IMG/VR virus record: IMGVR_UViG_3300037070_003657 | Span: 225 to 64,224 of that record | DNA length: 64,000 nucleotides | Origin: a virus | Lineage: Duplodnaviria; Caudoviricetes | Reading direction: 5' to 3' (one strand) | In this document: positions 45,656 through 53,478 of the stretch, piece after piece | Position numbering within the stretch: position 1 is the stretch's first letter | Layout: every line of letters begins with the position of its first letter | Program-made: the position numbers and the translations under genes | Notes under the pieces: generated by a model | The model's input: only the letters and a program-made list of their open reading frames with translations | What the model was told of the DNA's origin: nothing | The model's database searches: none

Positions 45656-46107
45656 CCGCGCTCCGCCTCCCAGCCCTCGAACCCCCGGACGGCGTGCTCC
45701 AGCATGATGAAGCCAGCCTCGTCCAGGCGGAGGTGGTTCCACTCGACCCGGCCGAGTTGGTCGAACAGCGCCGGGTCGATGGGCCACGTCAGGGCCTTGG
45801 ACACGTAGTCGTGCTGGCCCACCGGGTGGGTGGCGGAGTGGAAGCAGCCGTACAACTCGCCTCGGGCGAGGGCGGCATGGGCTTCGTCGCAGGAGGACTC
45901 GTAGTAGTCCGGTCCTGCATCGGCAGCGATCTCGTCGAGTGTCCAGAACCTCCCGAACATCGGTTCGCTGCGTACGTCGCACATCATCCACGTGTCACCG
46001 AACGTCATGGTCGACTGGGCTGGGTGGATGCCTTGGTGCGAGTCCTTCTCGATCTGTCGGATGGCCGCTTCCATGTGAGCGGTCGTTGGGTAGGTGCGTA
46101 GGTTCAC
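45652..46107 (-). CDS. hypothetical protein
   Basis: SD AAGGAG after a variant palindrome. Confidence 0.65.
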   Translation of the reverse strand: MNLRTYPTTAHMEAAIRQIEKDSHQGIHPAQSTMTFGDTWMMCDVRSEPMFGRFWTLDEIAADAGPDYYESSCDEAHAALARGELYGCFHSATHPVGQHDYVSKALTWPIDPALFDQLGRVEWNHLRLDEAGFIMLEHAVRGFEGWEAERG

Positions 46108-46125
46108 GTCTGGTTGCTCCTTGCG

Positions 46126-46139
46126 TTTATCCCGATAAA
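46126..46139. repeat. variant palindrome TTTATCCCGATAAA
   Basis: one central mismatch; downstream of a leftward promoter. Confidence 0.85.
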
Positions 46140-46168
46140 ACAGTTGGCTTGCTTTGCCTGCTTCTCTA

Positions 46169-46198
46169 AGTATACCACATTAGTACACTTCTACTCAA
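46169..46198 (-). promoter_or_regulatory. SigA-like leftward promoter
   Basis: minus strand TTGAGT-18 bp-TATACT with TG extension, in an AT-rich patch. Confidence 0.7.
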
Positions 46199-46391
46199 CC
46201 ACCCCCCGGACGATGAAGTCCTCGGGATGGAGTGCGAACGGGCTGTCGGGGTGCGTCTCGATGAAGCAGTCACACCGCCAGGAGGGGCACCGCAGCGCAC
46301 CCTCCTCGGCGTACGGACAGTGGAACTCCTCGTGCGAACACTGAGGCTCGCCCGTCTCGGGGTCGAAAGTCCAGTGCTCTACCCGTGCCAC
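46191..46391 (-). CDS. Cys/His-rich hypothetical protein
   Basis: GTG after GAGGAGG; CSH...CP...C....CDC. Confidence 0.55.
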   Translation of the reverse strand: MARVEHWTFDPETGEPQCSHEEFHCPYAEEGALRCPSWRCDCFIETHPDSPFALHPEDFIVRGVVE

Positions 46392-48001
46392 TTCCCCTCC
46401 TCGTCCTGGATCACCGGCATCCACGGCCACTCGATGGAGTTGGCCGCGCCCTCCCGCAGTCCGTCCGGCCAGCGCCGGGTGCGCACGCGGGGACCACGGT
46501 TCTTGTGCCACTCGAAGATGCGCTCGTCCTCGGTGGGCTTGATGCCGTACCCGTAGTCCGGCCACTTGATGAACAGGCTGGACCCGTACGGGCGGAGCGG
46601 ACGCTCCTTGTCGAGCGGCCCCTTGTGCGGGGCGTGGTGCTCCATGATGAACGCGCTGTTGCAGATCGAGCGCGCCAGTGTCACCGCGTTCTTGATCTTC
46701 CGCACCGGCTCGTCGTCACGGAGGTCACGACCAGCCAGGTTGGTGAGCGGACCCATCACCACCAGGTCGGGCTGATAGGCGAACACCCGCTCGTGCAGCC
46801 AGTCCGATCCCGAGGGGACACACAGGTCCCGGTCGGACTCCCACTCCTCCAGCACGGTGAGCATCCCCCGCTCCACCGGGTGCTCGTGCCGGGCAGCCAG
46901 CCCCACCATCTGGTTCCACGAGTCCAGCGTCTGCTCGGGGTGGTTCTCCGCGTCCACGAACAGGACTTTGCGGGGCTCCATCGGCTGGTGCGTGAAGGGG
47001 TGGATGCCTGCCGCCACCATCACCGCGATCTGACGGCAGAGGGTGGACTTGCCGGTGCCCTCGAAGCCGAGCAGGATCAGCCGCTCGCCCTTCGCCAGCG
47101 TGTTGTCGATGACGTACTCGACCTTGTCCCGTGGGCGCAGGATCAGGTCGAGCACGTCCACCCCGGTGCGGGCGCGCTCGTCGGCCATCTCCGGTGTGGT
47201 CTCCAGCAGCATCTCCAACGTGCGCCCGGCCTCGATGTGGTCGGCCACGTCGTTGATCGGCTTGCCCTCGGTGGTCACCCCCGAGGGTGCCTCCACGATC
47301 TTGACCGTGCAGCCGTGCTCGACCAGCGACTCGCGCACCTCACGTGCGTGCTTCTGCCCGGTGTCGTCGGCGTCGGAGTAGATGACCACGGTGGCCCCGG
47401 CCAGCGCCTGGCTGAACTCGGCCTGCCACTTCCCGGCACCGCCGGGGTTGCAGGTCGCAGCCTCACCGGCACCGATCACCCGGAGTAGGGCGTGCACACA
47501 CTTCTCTCCCTCCGCCACGTGGATGGTGCGCCCGTCAGCGACGGCGGCGAGCACCTGCGGCAGCCGGTAGAGCACACGCTGCACCCCGTCCAGGTTCCAC
47601 TTGTGACCGTGCGGTGCGGTGGCGTCGGGCTGGCGCTGCATGAAGGTCTTCTTGCCACCGGGCTGCGGCACCCGGAGCACCTCGAACGCCAGCATCCCGT
47701 TGCCCAGAACGTAGGGGTAGATGTGGGAGGCCGTGCCCCTCGGCGTCCACATCGAGCGGTCGTCCAACTCCCCGTCCTCACGGGGCTGGCACACCGCGTC
47801 CCAGTCCAGGCCAGCGGCAGCGATGATCTCGGCCTGCGTGCAGCCGGTGTGACAGTGCAGGACTACCGGCTGAGACGTGCCAGGACCCACGCTGAGCGAG
47901 GGACTGGCGTCGTCGTGGGCGGGACAGAGCATGACGGTCTTCCGGCCCGCCAGAGCGGCTTCTACGGCTGCCTGTACGTCGTTGTTGAGAACCGTGGTCA
48001 C
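46379..48001 (-). CDS. DNA primase/helicase (Zn-finger + TOPRIM + RecA-like AAA helicase)
   Basis: CPAHDD..PSLS...HCHTGC, VAEGEKC, YSDADDTG, Walker A GFEGTGKST, HH..K...RPYGSS. Confidence 0.9.
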   Translation of the reverse strand: MTTVLNNDVQAAVEAALAGRKTVMLCPAHDDASPSLSVGPGTSQPVVLHCHTGCTQAEIIAAAGLDWDAVCQPREDGELDDRSMWTPRGTASHIYPYVLGNGMLAFEVLRVPQPGGKKTFMQRQPDATAPHGHKWNLDGVQRVLYRLPQVLAAVADGRTIHVAEGEKCVHALLRVIGAGEAATCNPGGAGKWQAEFSQALAGATVVIYSDADDTGQKHAREVRESLVEHGCTVKIVEAPSGVTTEGKPINDVADHIEAGRTLEMLLETTPEMADERARTGVDVLDLILRPRDKVEYVIDNTLAKGERLILLGFEGTGKSTLCRQIAVMVAAGIHPFTHQPMEPRKVLFVDAENHPEQTLDSWNQMVGLAARHEHPVERGMLTVLEEWESDRDLCVPSGSDWLHERVFAYQPDLVVMGPLTNLAGRDLRDDEPVRKIKNAVTLARSICNSAFIMEHHAPHKGPLDKERPLRPYGSSLFIKWPDYGYGIKPTEDERIFEWHKNRGPRVRTRRWPDGLREGAANSIEWPWMPVIQDEEGKWHG

Positions 48002-48267
48002 TCGGGTTGCTCCTGTCGGTTGGCGCGCGCCAGGTCGGCTGCGCGTGTGGATGCTGCGGTAGGTCGTGGCGCCTCAGGTGCGCCGGGTGCAGGACCCAGC
48101 CCGAAGGCTGAGCCCTGCACGGAGTGGTCGCAGTCCAGGTCGGTGACGGTGTAGCCGTACTCCCTGGCACCACCGGCACCGCCGTCGTAGTAGGTCTCCA
48201 GGTGCACGTCGACCACGACGCGGTAGCGCCTGCACTCGGGACACCACCGGGTGTCTCCGAGTCTCAC
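47998..48267 (-). CDS. hypothetical Zn-ribbon protein
   Basis: WCPEC...LDCDH; coupled overlaps. Confidence 0.55.
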   Translation of the reverse strand: MRLGDTRWCPECRRYRVVVDVHLETYYDGGAGGAREYGYTVTDLDCDHSVQGSAFGLGPAPGAPEAPRPTAASTRAADLARANRQEQPE

Positions 48268-49013
48268 GAGCCGGTGCCGTGCCCGCAGTGAGCCGGTACG
48301 CGGTGGCTGTCACGAGGACCGCCCTTCACCTGCACCACGATGGTCTGCTTCGGGAGCACGCGGAACCCGGTGAACCGCAGGATGTGACCGGCTCGCACCA
48401 CGAAGCCCTTGCGCTTGACCTCCTGGTAGTCCTGGTCGAGCACCGAGATGTGACCCACGGCGGTGTAGTTGACCGACTTGCCGTTGTTCACCACCGCCTT
48501 GGAGAAGCCCAGGCAGGTGGCCCAGGTGGACACGCTGACCCTGTCCTTGACCGGCGGCGCTGGCGGGGGAGTGACCGGCGGCTCGGTGGGCGGCGGAGTC
48601 GTCGGAGGCACCGTGGTCGGCGGCTCGGTGGGGACCGAGGGTGTCGGGGTGGGTGTGGGTGTGGGTGTCGGGGTGGGCGTGGTGCCACACGGACCGACCG
48701 TGCCCGAGCGGTACTGGTCGTACTGGTTGGACTGCACCACGTCGATGTAGGCGGACCACGGCGTGCTGGCACCACCCTGCGGGACCGGGAACGTCTGGTC
48801 CATCCCGGTGGTGAACGTACCCGAGGTGGTGACTCCGCCGATGGTGACCGACCAGCGGTTGGTGTCGTTGGCGGAGTAGTTGGTGGCCAGGATGCGGACC
48901 CCTGCACAGGTCGCGGTGATGGCCGGTGTGTGAGCCTCCGCCGTCAGCGTGGGTACGCCGACAGCCAGGACACCGAGTGCTCCGACTGCTGCGATGGTGA
49001 TGGACTTCTTCAT
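48264..49013 (-). CDS. secreted Pro/Thr-rich protein
   Basis: signal peptide MKKSITIAAVGALGVLAVG...AEA|H; (PT)n and PPT linker. Confidence 0.8.
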   Translation of the reverse strand: MKKSITIAAVGALGVLAVGVPTLTAEAHTPAITATCAGVRILATNYSANDTNRWSVTIGGVTTSGTFTTGMDQTFPVPQGGASTPWSAYIDVVQSNQYDQYRSGTVGPCGTTPTPTPTPTPTPTPSVPTEPPTTVPPTTPPPTEPPVTPPPAPPVKDRVSVSTWATCLGFSKAVVNNGKSVNYTAVGHISVLDQDYQEVKRKGFVVRAGHILRFTGFRVLPKQTIVVQVKGGPRDSHRVPAHCGHGTGS

Positions 49014-49042
49014 GGTTGCTCCTCTGTTGGTGATGGGTTTGG

Positions 49043-49213
49043 TTATGCGCTGGGACTGACAGTGATGGGTGCCAGCGCCAGATGGGCGTCAACCGCCTGC
49101 ACGTACGGCTGGCCTTTCTTGCTGACGGTGCGGGTGCGGAGCCAGCCCTCGACTCCCTCGAACAGGTGCTCGATCCCGTCCTCGTCGGTAACTCTGATGG
49201 CGGTGATCTTCAT
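49043..49213 (-). CDS. hypothetical protein
   Basis: SD GGAGG, ATGA-coupled. Confidence 0.55.
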   Translation of the reverse strand: MKITAIRVTDEDGIEHLFEGVEGWLRTRTVSKKGQPYVQAVDAHLALAPITVSPSA

Positions 49214-49506
49214 GAGGGCTGCACCTCCTCGATGATCGGCACAAGCCAGTCGATGTTGCGGCTGGCGTAGGAGTCCCGTGCGTCTGCGCCCAGTCCACCG
49301 CCCTTCAACCGGCGCTTGCCGAAGATGGTGACGCGAGGGTTCTCCCACTCCTCCTCGTCGTACTTCATCCAGCGGAGGACTACCCGCTCGGGTGCGAGGG
49401 GGAAGGGGCTGTAACGCCCGTCGTAGTCGGGTGCGTCGGTGACCGCGAGGTGGACTACGTGCTCCCTCGTGGTCTTGTCGCTGGTCATGGTGATCTCGTG
49501 CTTCAT
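49210..49506 (-). CDS. hypothetical protein
   Basis: ATGA-coupled. Confidence 0.6.
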   Translation of the reverse strand: MKHEITMTSDKTTREHVVHLAVTDAPDYDGRYSPFPLAPERVVLRWMKYDEEEWENPRVTIFGKRRLKGGGLGADARDSYASRNIDWLVPIIEEVQPS

Positions 49507-49853
49507 GAGGCTGCTCCTCTCCTCGCCCACTCAGCGAGGTCGTCGATGCTGGCGTAGCCGGGTTCTCCCGGTGCCAGTTCCCTGCACTTGCTTCTCTTCT
49601 GCGTGATGGGGATGCCGAGGTCATCGGTCTCCACACCTGGACCCTTGCGCTCTCGCAGTCGGGTCACGTCTTCGAGCACCCACCGCTCGAACTTGGCTGA
49701 CCAGTCCCGTGAGGTCTGGCCCTCGGAGTAGAAGGCCACGAACCTGCGACACGAGATGGTCAGGTCGATCTCACTTCCGAACTCCTGGTGCAGCCTGTCC
49801 CACTGGTAGGTAGACGGTTGCCATCCAGCAGGGATGGGAAGCATGGGGTTCAT
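49503..49853 (-). CDS. DnaT-like C-terminal replication-initiator domain protein
   Basis: PIPAGWQPS...RFVAFY.....RDWSAKFERW motif; own SD GAGGAG. Confidence 0.65.
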   Translation of the reverse strand: MNPMLPIPAGWQPSTYQWDRLHQEFGSEIDLTISCRRFVAFYSEGQTSRDWSAKFERWVLEDVTRLRERKGPGVETDDLGIPITQKRSKCRELAPGEPGYASIDDLAEWARRGAAS

Positions 49854-49868
49854 CTGGTTGCTCCTCGG

Positions 49869-49882
49869 TTTATCCGGATAAA
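49869..49882. repeat. TTTATCCGGATAAA palindrome
   Basis: between the putative origin and the SD of the DnaT-like gene. Confidence 0.95.
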
Positions 49883-49899
49883 CGGTGCTCTGCACACCA

Positions 49900-49988
49900 G
49901 CACCTGTTGTTCTTGTCTAAGAGGTTGTAGTTCCTATGGCTCTAGTTCTTGCATCACTGTGATGCGACCCATCGCATCAGGGTGATGC
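49900..49988. other. putative replication origin: two GCATCA-N3-TGATGC iterons plus AT-richer tract
   Basis: GCATCActgTGATGC 49951-49965 and GCATCAgggTGATGC 49974-49988 at the end of the initiator gene. Confidence 0.6.
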
Positions 49989-50321
49989 CTTCCCCCCGAC
50001 CTGAGCGTTGGCGAACCGGTCCACCGCCAGGTGGTACATGTTCCGCTTGCCGGTCGGTGTCCGCTCCACCGTGACGGTGATCAGACCCCCCTCACGGAGT
50101 TCCCTGAGAGCGCGCTGGACGGTCGCCCTGCTCATGCCGGAGTCCAGGGTCAGCGTCTCCTGGCTGGGCCAGGCAGCACCGTGCTGGTTGACCCGCGAGG
50201 ACAGGTGCAGGAACATCTCGCGTGCGTTGCGAGAGAAGTACGTGCTGCGCAGCAACCAGATCGGTATCACTGCGAAGCCTTCGGGCTGTTCGCCCGGCTC
50301 GATGCTTGCTAAAGTTTCCAC
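49977..50321 (-). CDS. winged-HTH (HTH_36-type) replication initiator N-terminal domain
   Basis: FAVIP.WLL, AWPSQETL..D.GMSRATVQRALREL...GLI...NMY.L. Confidence 0.8.
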   Translation of the reverse strand: METLASIEPGEQPEGFAVIPIWLLRSTYFSRNAREMFLHLSSRVNQHGAAWPSQETLTLDSGMSRATVQRALRELREGGLITVTVERTPTGKRNMYHLAVDRFANAQVGGKASP

Positions 50322-50474
50322 TAGCCACCACCTCTGGCTCGTTGCCCCCGGCCGACTCGTCATCGGTGCGGGGGCTTTCATCTGTCTGAACTTGGGACCT
50401 CGAATCTACCTCCGGGTGTGGGCCAGGTCCATAGCCCGCTACCCTTGACATTCAGTGGTTGCTCCACTCGGCAC

Positions 50475-50514
50475 GGATGGCCGGTCCCTTACCTGCATGG
50501 GGGACCGGCCATCC
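50475..50514. terminator. 14-bp hairpin with 12-nt loop
   Basis: GGATGGCCGGTCCC-ttacctgcatgg-GGGACCGGCCATCC after the ParB-like gene. Confidence 0.6.
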
Positions 50515-50531
50515 ATCTGTCAAGGCCCTGT

Positions 50532-51371
50532 CTAGACGGGCTTGACAGGAGGAATCCAGCCCTCCCGAGAGCGGACCAGGATGGTGTCGGCCTGCACTCC
50601 CTTGCGCCACATGTTCCACGAGCGGGTCAGGACCGAGACGGTGGCGATGACCAGCATCTGGCCGTGCTTCATCTCCTCGTCGTTCAGCATCTTGGCGATG
50701 CGGTTGAAGGCAGCCTTGCGCGGGTCGCCCTCGTCGTGGAAGGCCAGGTCGGTGAAGGCGTAGAAGTACTGCTCGGTCCTCTCGATGTCGAGGTTGGCGA
50801 ACTGGAAGAAGCAGTAGCCCAGCGCGCTCACCGACATGGGCAGAGGGGTGACGTTGCGGACGTGGACGCCCCGCTCCGCCGCCCTGCTGATGCCGTGACT
50901 GTCCCCCCGGTAGGTCTCCAGCGCCTGGGCCGGTGGGCACTTGCGCTTCAGGTGGTTCATGAACTCCTCGTCGGGCACCGGTGCCAGCGTCAGCCAGCGA
51001 GCGATGGCGGCGCAGACCTGGACGTTCTTCAGGTCCGGCTCCTCCATCTTCAGCATGTCCGCGATGGTGCGCGGGGTGCCCTGGTCCATGAGGAGGTTCG
51101 ACTTCTCGGGGAGCCCCCGCACCACCAGCATGTCGATGTGATCCACGAACGTGCACCACGACAGGGCGAGCAGTCGGTGCTGCCCGTTGAGCAGGGCACC
51201 CGACTCCGAGAACTGGATGGGCTCGCCGGTCATCGACCAGCCACCCGCCTCCATGTCCCGGCGGTACGCCGCCGCCACCCGCTCCTTCACCTTCCGGTTG
51301 GAGTGGTTGTTCTTCAACATCTCCTTGGCCTGCGCCGGGGTGATGCTCTCGACCTTTGCCTCGATGCTCAT
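50532..51371 (-). CDS. ParB/Srx-like N-terminal domain protein (xGQHR)
   Basis: ITP..AKEML..N..NR...Y..DM..G.W..TGEPI.F...G.LLNGQHRL.A. Confidence 0.8.
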   Translation of the reverse strand: MSIEAKVESITPAQAKEMLKNNHSNRKVKERVAAAYRRDMEAGGWSMTGEPIQFSESGALLNGQHRLLALSWCTFVDHIDMLVVRGLPEKSNLLMDQGTPRTIADMLKMEEPDLKNVQVCAAIARWLTLAPVPDEEFMNHLKRKCPPAQALETYRGDSHGISRAAERGVHVRNVTPLPMSVSALGYCFFQFANLDIERTEQYFYAFTDLAFHDEGDPRKAAFNRIAKMLNDEEMKHGQMLVIATVSVLTRSWNMWRKGVQADTILVRSREGWIPPVKPV

Positions 51372-51391
51372 ACCTAGTCCTTCCTGCATGG

Positions 51392-51429
51392 CACAGCCCA
51401 CCCCCACCATGTGACAGGGGTGGGCTGTG
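51392..51429. terminator. 13-bp hairpin with 12-nt loop
   Basis: CACAGCCCACCCC-caccatgtgaca-GGGGTGGGCTGTG. Confidence 0.6.
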
Positions 51430-51435
51430 TAGTTG

Positions 51436-51732
51436 TCACGGAGCGGGCTGCTCCGCCGTGGTGGTGTACCCCTCGGGGTCACCGGTGATCCTGGCCGCGA
51501 GGCCGGGGTGCTCCGCGAGGATGGCCTGGAGTTGAGCCTCCGCCTTCTCCTCCGCCGTGGGCTTCGGCGCCCACTCCAGCCCCCGTGCCTTCATCTCCTC
51601 CTGCATGTAGAGGTTGAAGGTCGAGCGGTTGTCCTCACGGATGCGCTTGGTGGCGGCACCGTACGCCTCCCGCTGGAGCGAGTCCTTGGACTTCTCCTCG
51701 GTGGTGGCGGTCTTGCCGTCTGCTGTTGCCAT
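51436..51732 (-). CDS. hypothetical protein
   Basis: SD AGGAG after a palindrome; helical. Confidence 0.7.
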   Translation of the reverse strand: MATADGKTATTEEKSKDSLQREAYGAATKRIREDNRSTFNLYMQEEMKARGLEWAPKPTAEEKAEAQLQAILAEHPGLAARITGDPEGYTTTAEQPAP

Positions 51733-51756
51733 GTGTGGTTCTCCTAGTGTGTTTGG

Positions 51757-51770
51757 TTTATCCGGATAAA
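51757..51770. repeat. TTTATCCGGATAAA palindrome
   Basis: after the ssb stop codon. Confidence 0.95.
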
Positions 51771-51777
51771 GCAGGGC

Positions 51778-52209
51778 CTAGAACGGCGGCTCGTCGTCCT
51801 GGGGCGGGGTGCCGTACGGGTCGGCGGGCGGTGGTGTGGCGGTCGAGCCTGAGCGCCGCTCCGTCTTCGAGACCTTGGCCGTGGCGAACGCCAGCGACGG
51901 GCCGATCTGGTCCGCCGTCACGTCGAACGACTGACGCTTCTCGCCGTCCTTGGTCTCGTACTCGCGGGTCTCCAGCCTGCCCGTGACCATGATGAGGTCG
52001 CCCTTCTGGACGGACTCGGCCACGTTCTCGGCCTGCTGCTTCCAGCAGGTGAGGTTGAGGAAGACGACCTTGTCGTCCACCCACTCCTCACCCACCTTCT
52101 TCCGCGAGTTGGCCGCGATGCGCAGGTTGGCGACTGCCACCCCGCTCGGGGTGAACCGCAGTTCCGGGTCTGTCACCGCACGGAACTCACCCGTGATGGT
52201 TGGTAGCAC
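51778..52209 (-). CDS. ssb: single-stranded DNA-binding protein
   Basis: DPELRFTPSGVAVANL, W..QAENVAES..KGD, acidic DDEPPF tail (actinobacterial type). Confidence 0.95.
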   Translation of the reverse strand: MLPTITGEFRAVTDPELRFTPSGVAVANLRIAANSRKKVGEEWVDDKVVFLNLTCWKQQAENVAESVQKGDLIMVTGRLETREYETKDGEKRQSFDVTADQIGPSLAFATAKVSKTERRSGSTATPPPADPYGTPPQDDEPPF

Positions 52210-52502
52210 TAGTCCTCCTTCTGCTCGGGGTCGACCCAGCGCATGTGCAGGGTGCACCGGCGCTTGCCGTCCACGATCCTGTTGTTGCTGGTCCGCAACT
52301 CGAACCCGTCCTGCGGCTTCAGCGCAGCGATGCTGCCTGCCCGCAGTGCGATGGTCAATGAGGTGCGGTCGTCCTTGAAGACCCGCCGCCACCGCCCAGG
52401 GTTCTTCCTGAGCAGTGCCGCGATCTTGTCCCACGGGTACGCCGGTGTCCGGGCTGGCGGAGGGTCACTCCACTCTCCGGTCGGCTGCTTGGATGTGGTC
52501 AT
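52209..52502 (-). CDS. hypothetical protein
   Basis: W..PPP...W..IAA.LR.NPG.W. Confidence 0.7.
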   Translation of the reverse strand: MTTSKQPTGEWSDPPPARTPAYPWDKIAALLRKNPGRWRRVFKDDRTSLTIALRAGSIAALKPQDGFELRTSNNRIVDGKRRCTLHMRWVDPEQKED

Positions 52503-52822
52503 TCGTTCTCCTGGTTCCTCCTTGTTGAGTCGATCAGTTGCTCCAGTTCGGGCAGGTGGTCGGTGACCCAGGCCCTTGCCTCGGTGACGACCTGCTCCAT
52601 GCGGTCGTCCTCCCAGGTGGGGTCACCGTGGTTGGCGTGCCACCACAGTCGGGCCAGGTTCCTGCGCTCGGACTCCAGCCGGTTGACGGTGCCCTGGGGT
52701 ACGGGCACCTGGACCTGGCGGAGCGCAGCGAGGTGGTCGAGTGCGGTGGTGTACTCAGCGATGCCGTACGCACACAGCAAGAACTTCCTGTGCGTCGGCT
52801 TCTCTTCATCGGTGATCGTCAT
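52499..52822 (-). CDS. hypothetical protein
   Basis: SD GAGGAG. Confidence 0.65.
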   Translation of the reverse strand: MTITDEEKPTHRKFLLCAYGIAEYTTALDHLAALRQVQVPVPQGTVNRLESERRNLARLWWHANHGDPTWEDDRMEQVVTEARAWVTDHLPELEQLIDSTRRNQENE

Positions 52823-52840
52823 GTCTCTCCTCGTGACCAG

Positions 52841-52930
52841 GGTGGGGCGGGTACTCTCCCGAGCCCTTCCCGCCCCACCGGTGTGTCGAGCCACCGGGGG
52901 CCACGTCCTTCCCCAAGGCGCAGCCCCCGG
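52841..52930 (-). terminator. two tandem GC-rich hairpins
   Basis: GGTGGGGCGGG/CCCGCCCCACC (52841-52879) and CCGGGGGC/GCCCCCGG (52894-52930). Confidence 0.55.
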
Positions 52931-52936
52931 CGACGA

Positions 52937-53272
52937 TCAGATGCGCAGCCCGCGCGAGGCTGCGGCCTGGACCAGGCGCTCCACGACGCCCGCGAGGTGC
53001 GCCACCTGGGCGGTCAGGCTGAGGGAGTCCTCGTCCTGGCCGACGAGGGTGAAGTCCGCCTCGGGGGTGGGCTCGATGAGACCGGCCTCGGTGAGGACCT
53101 CGTCGATCTGGTCCTCGCTCGCGCCCAGCGCCATGCCCTTCTCGCGGAGGACGGCGACCGCGTTCTCCTCGCGCTGCTCCAGCGCCTCGATGACGGGCGC
53201 GGCGTACGAGGCGTACTGGCCGTAGCCAGCGGAGGTCAGAGCGGACTGCACGGTCTCGGTGATGTTCGTCAT
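52937..53272 (-). CDS. hypothetical protein
   Basis: SD AAGGAG; strongly GC3-biased codons. Confidence 0.75.
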   Translation of the reverse strand: MTNITETVQSALTSAGYGQYASYAAPVIEALEQREENAVAVLREKGMALGASEDQIDEVLTEAGLIEPTPEADFTLVGQDEDSLSLTAQVAHLAGVVERLVQAAASRGLRI

Positions 53273-53365
53273 GGTGATGCTCCTTCTGTTGATGGGTGAC
53301 AGGTGTGTCCTGCCACCTGCCCTCACACTCGGCTGGTGAGGGGTGCTGCAAACTAGGGCCATCGG

Positions 53366-53379
53366 TTTATCCAGATAAA
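53366..53379. repeat. variant palindrome TTTATCCAGATAAA
   Basis: abuts a possible leftward promoter TAGACC-17-TAGGGT. Confidence 0.85.
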
Positions 53380-53478
53380 CCCTAGCGAATGTGACCACCC
53401 AGGTCTAGTTGGGTGGGTTGACCAGGTTGGGAAATCTCGAGCCCTCGGTGGACCCGAGACCCCCCAGCCCTGGCCGGG

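Noticed and set aside
48580-48680. (GGGTGT)n-like short tandem repeat
   Set aside because: Simply encodes the Pro-Thr linker of the secreted protein.
50445-50475. Rightward promoter at TTGACA
   Set aside because: Perfect -35 but no recognisable -10 at 16-19 bp.
50532-51371. Plasmid-prophage parABS partition system
   Set aside because: No ParA ATPase seen; the protein has NGQHR rather than the canonical GxRR and no obvious HTH. Kept only as a candidate palindrome binder.
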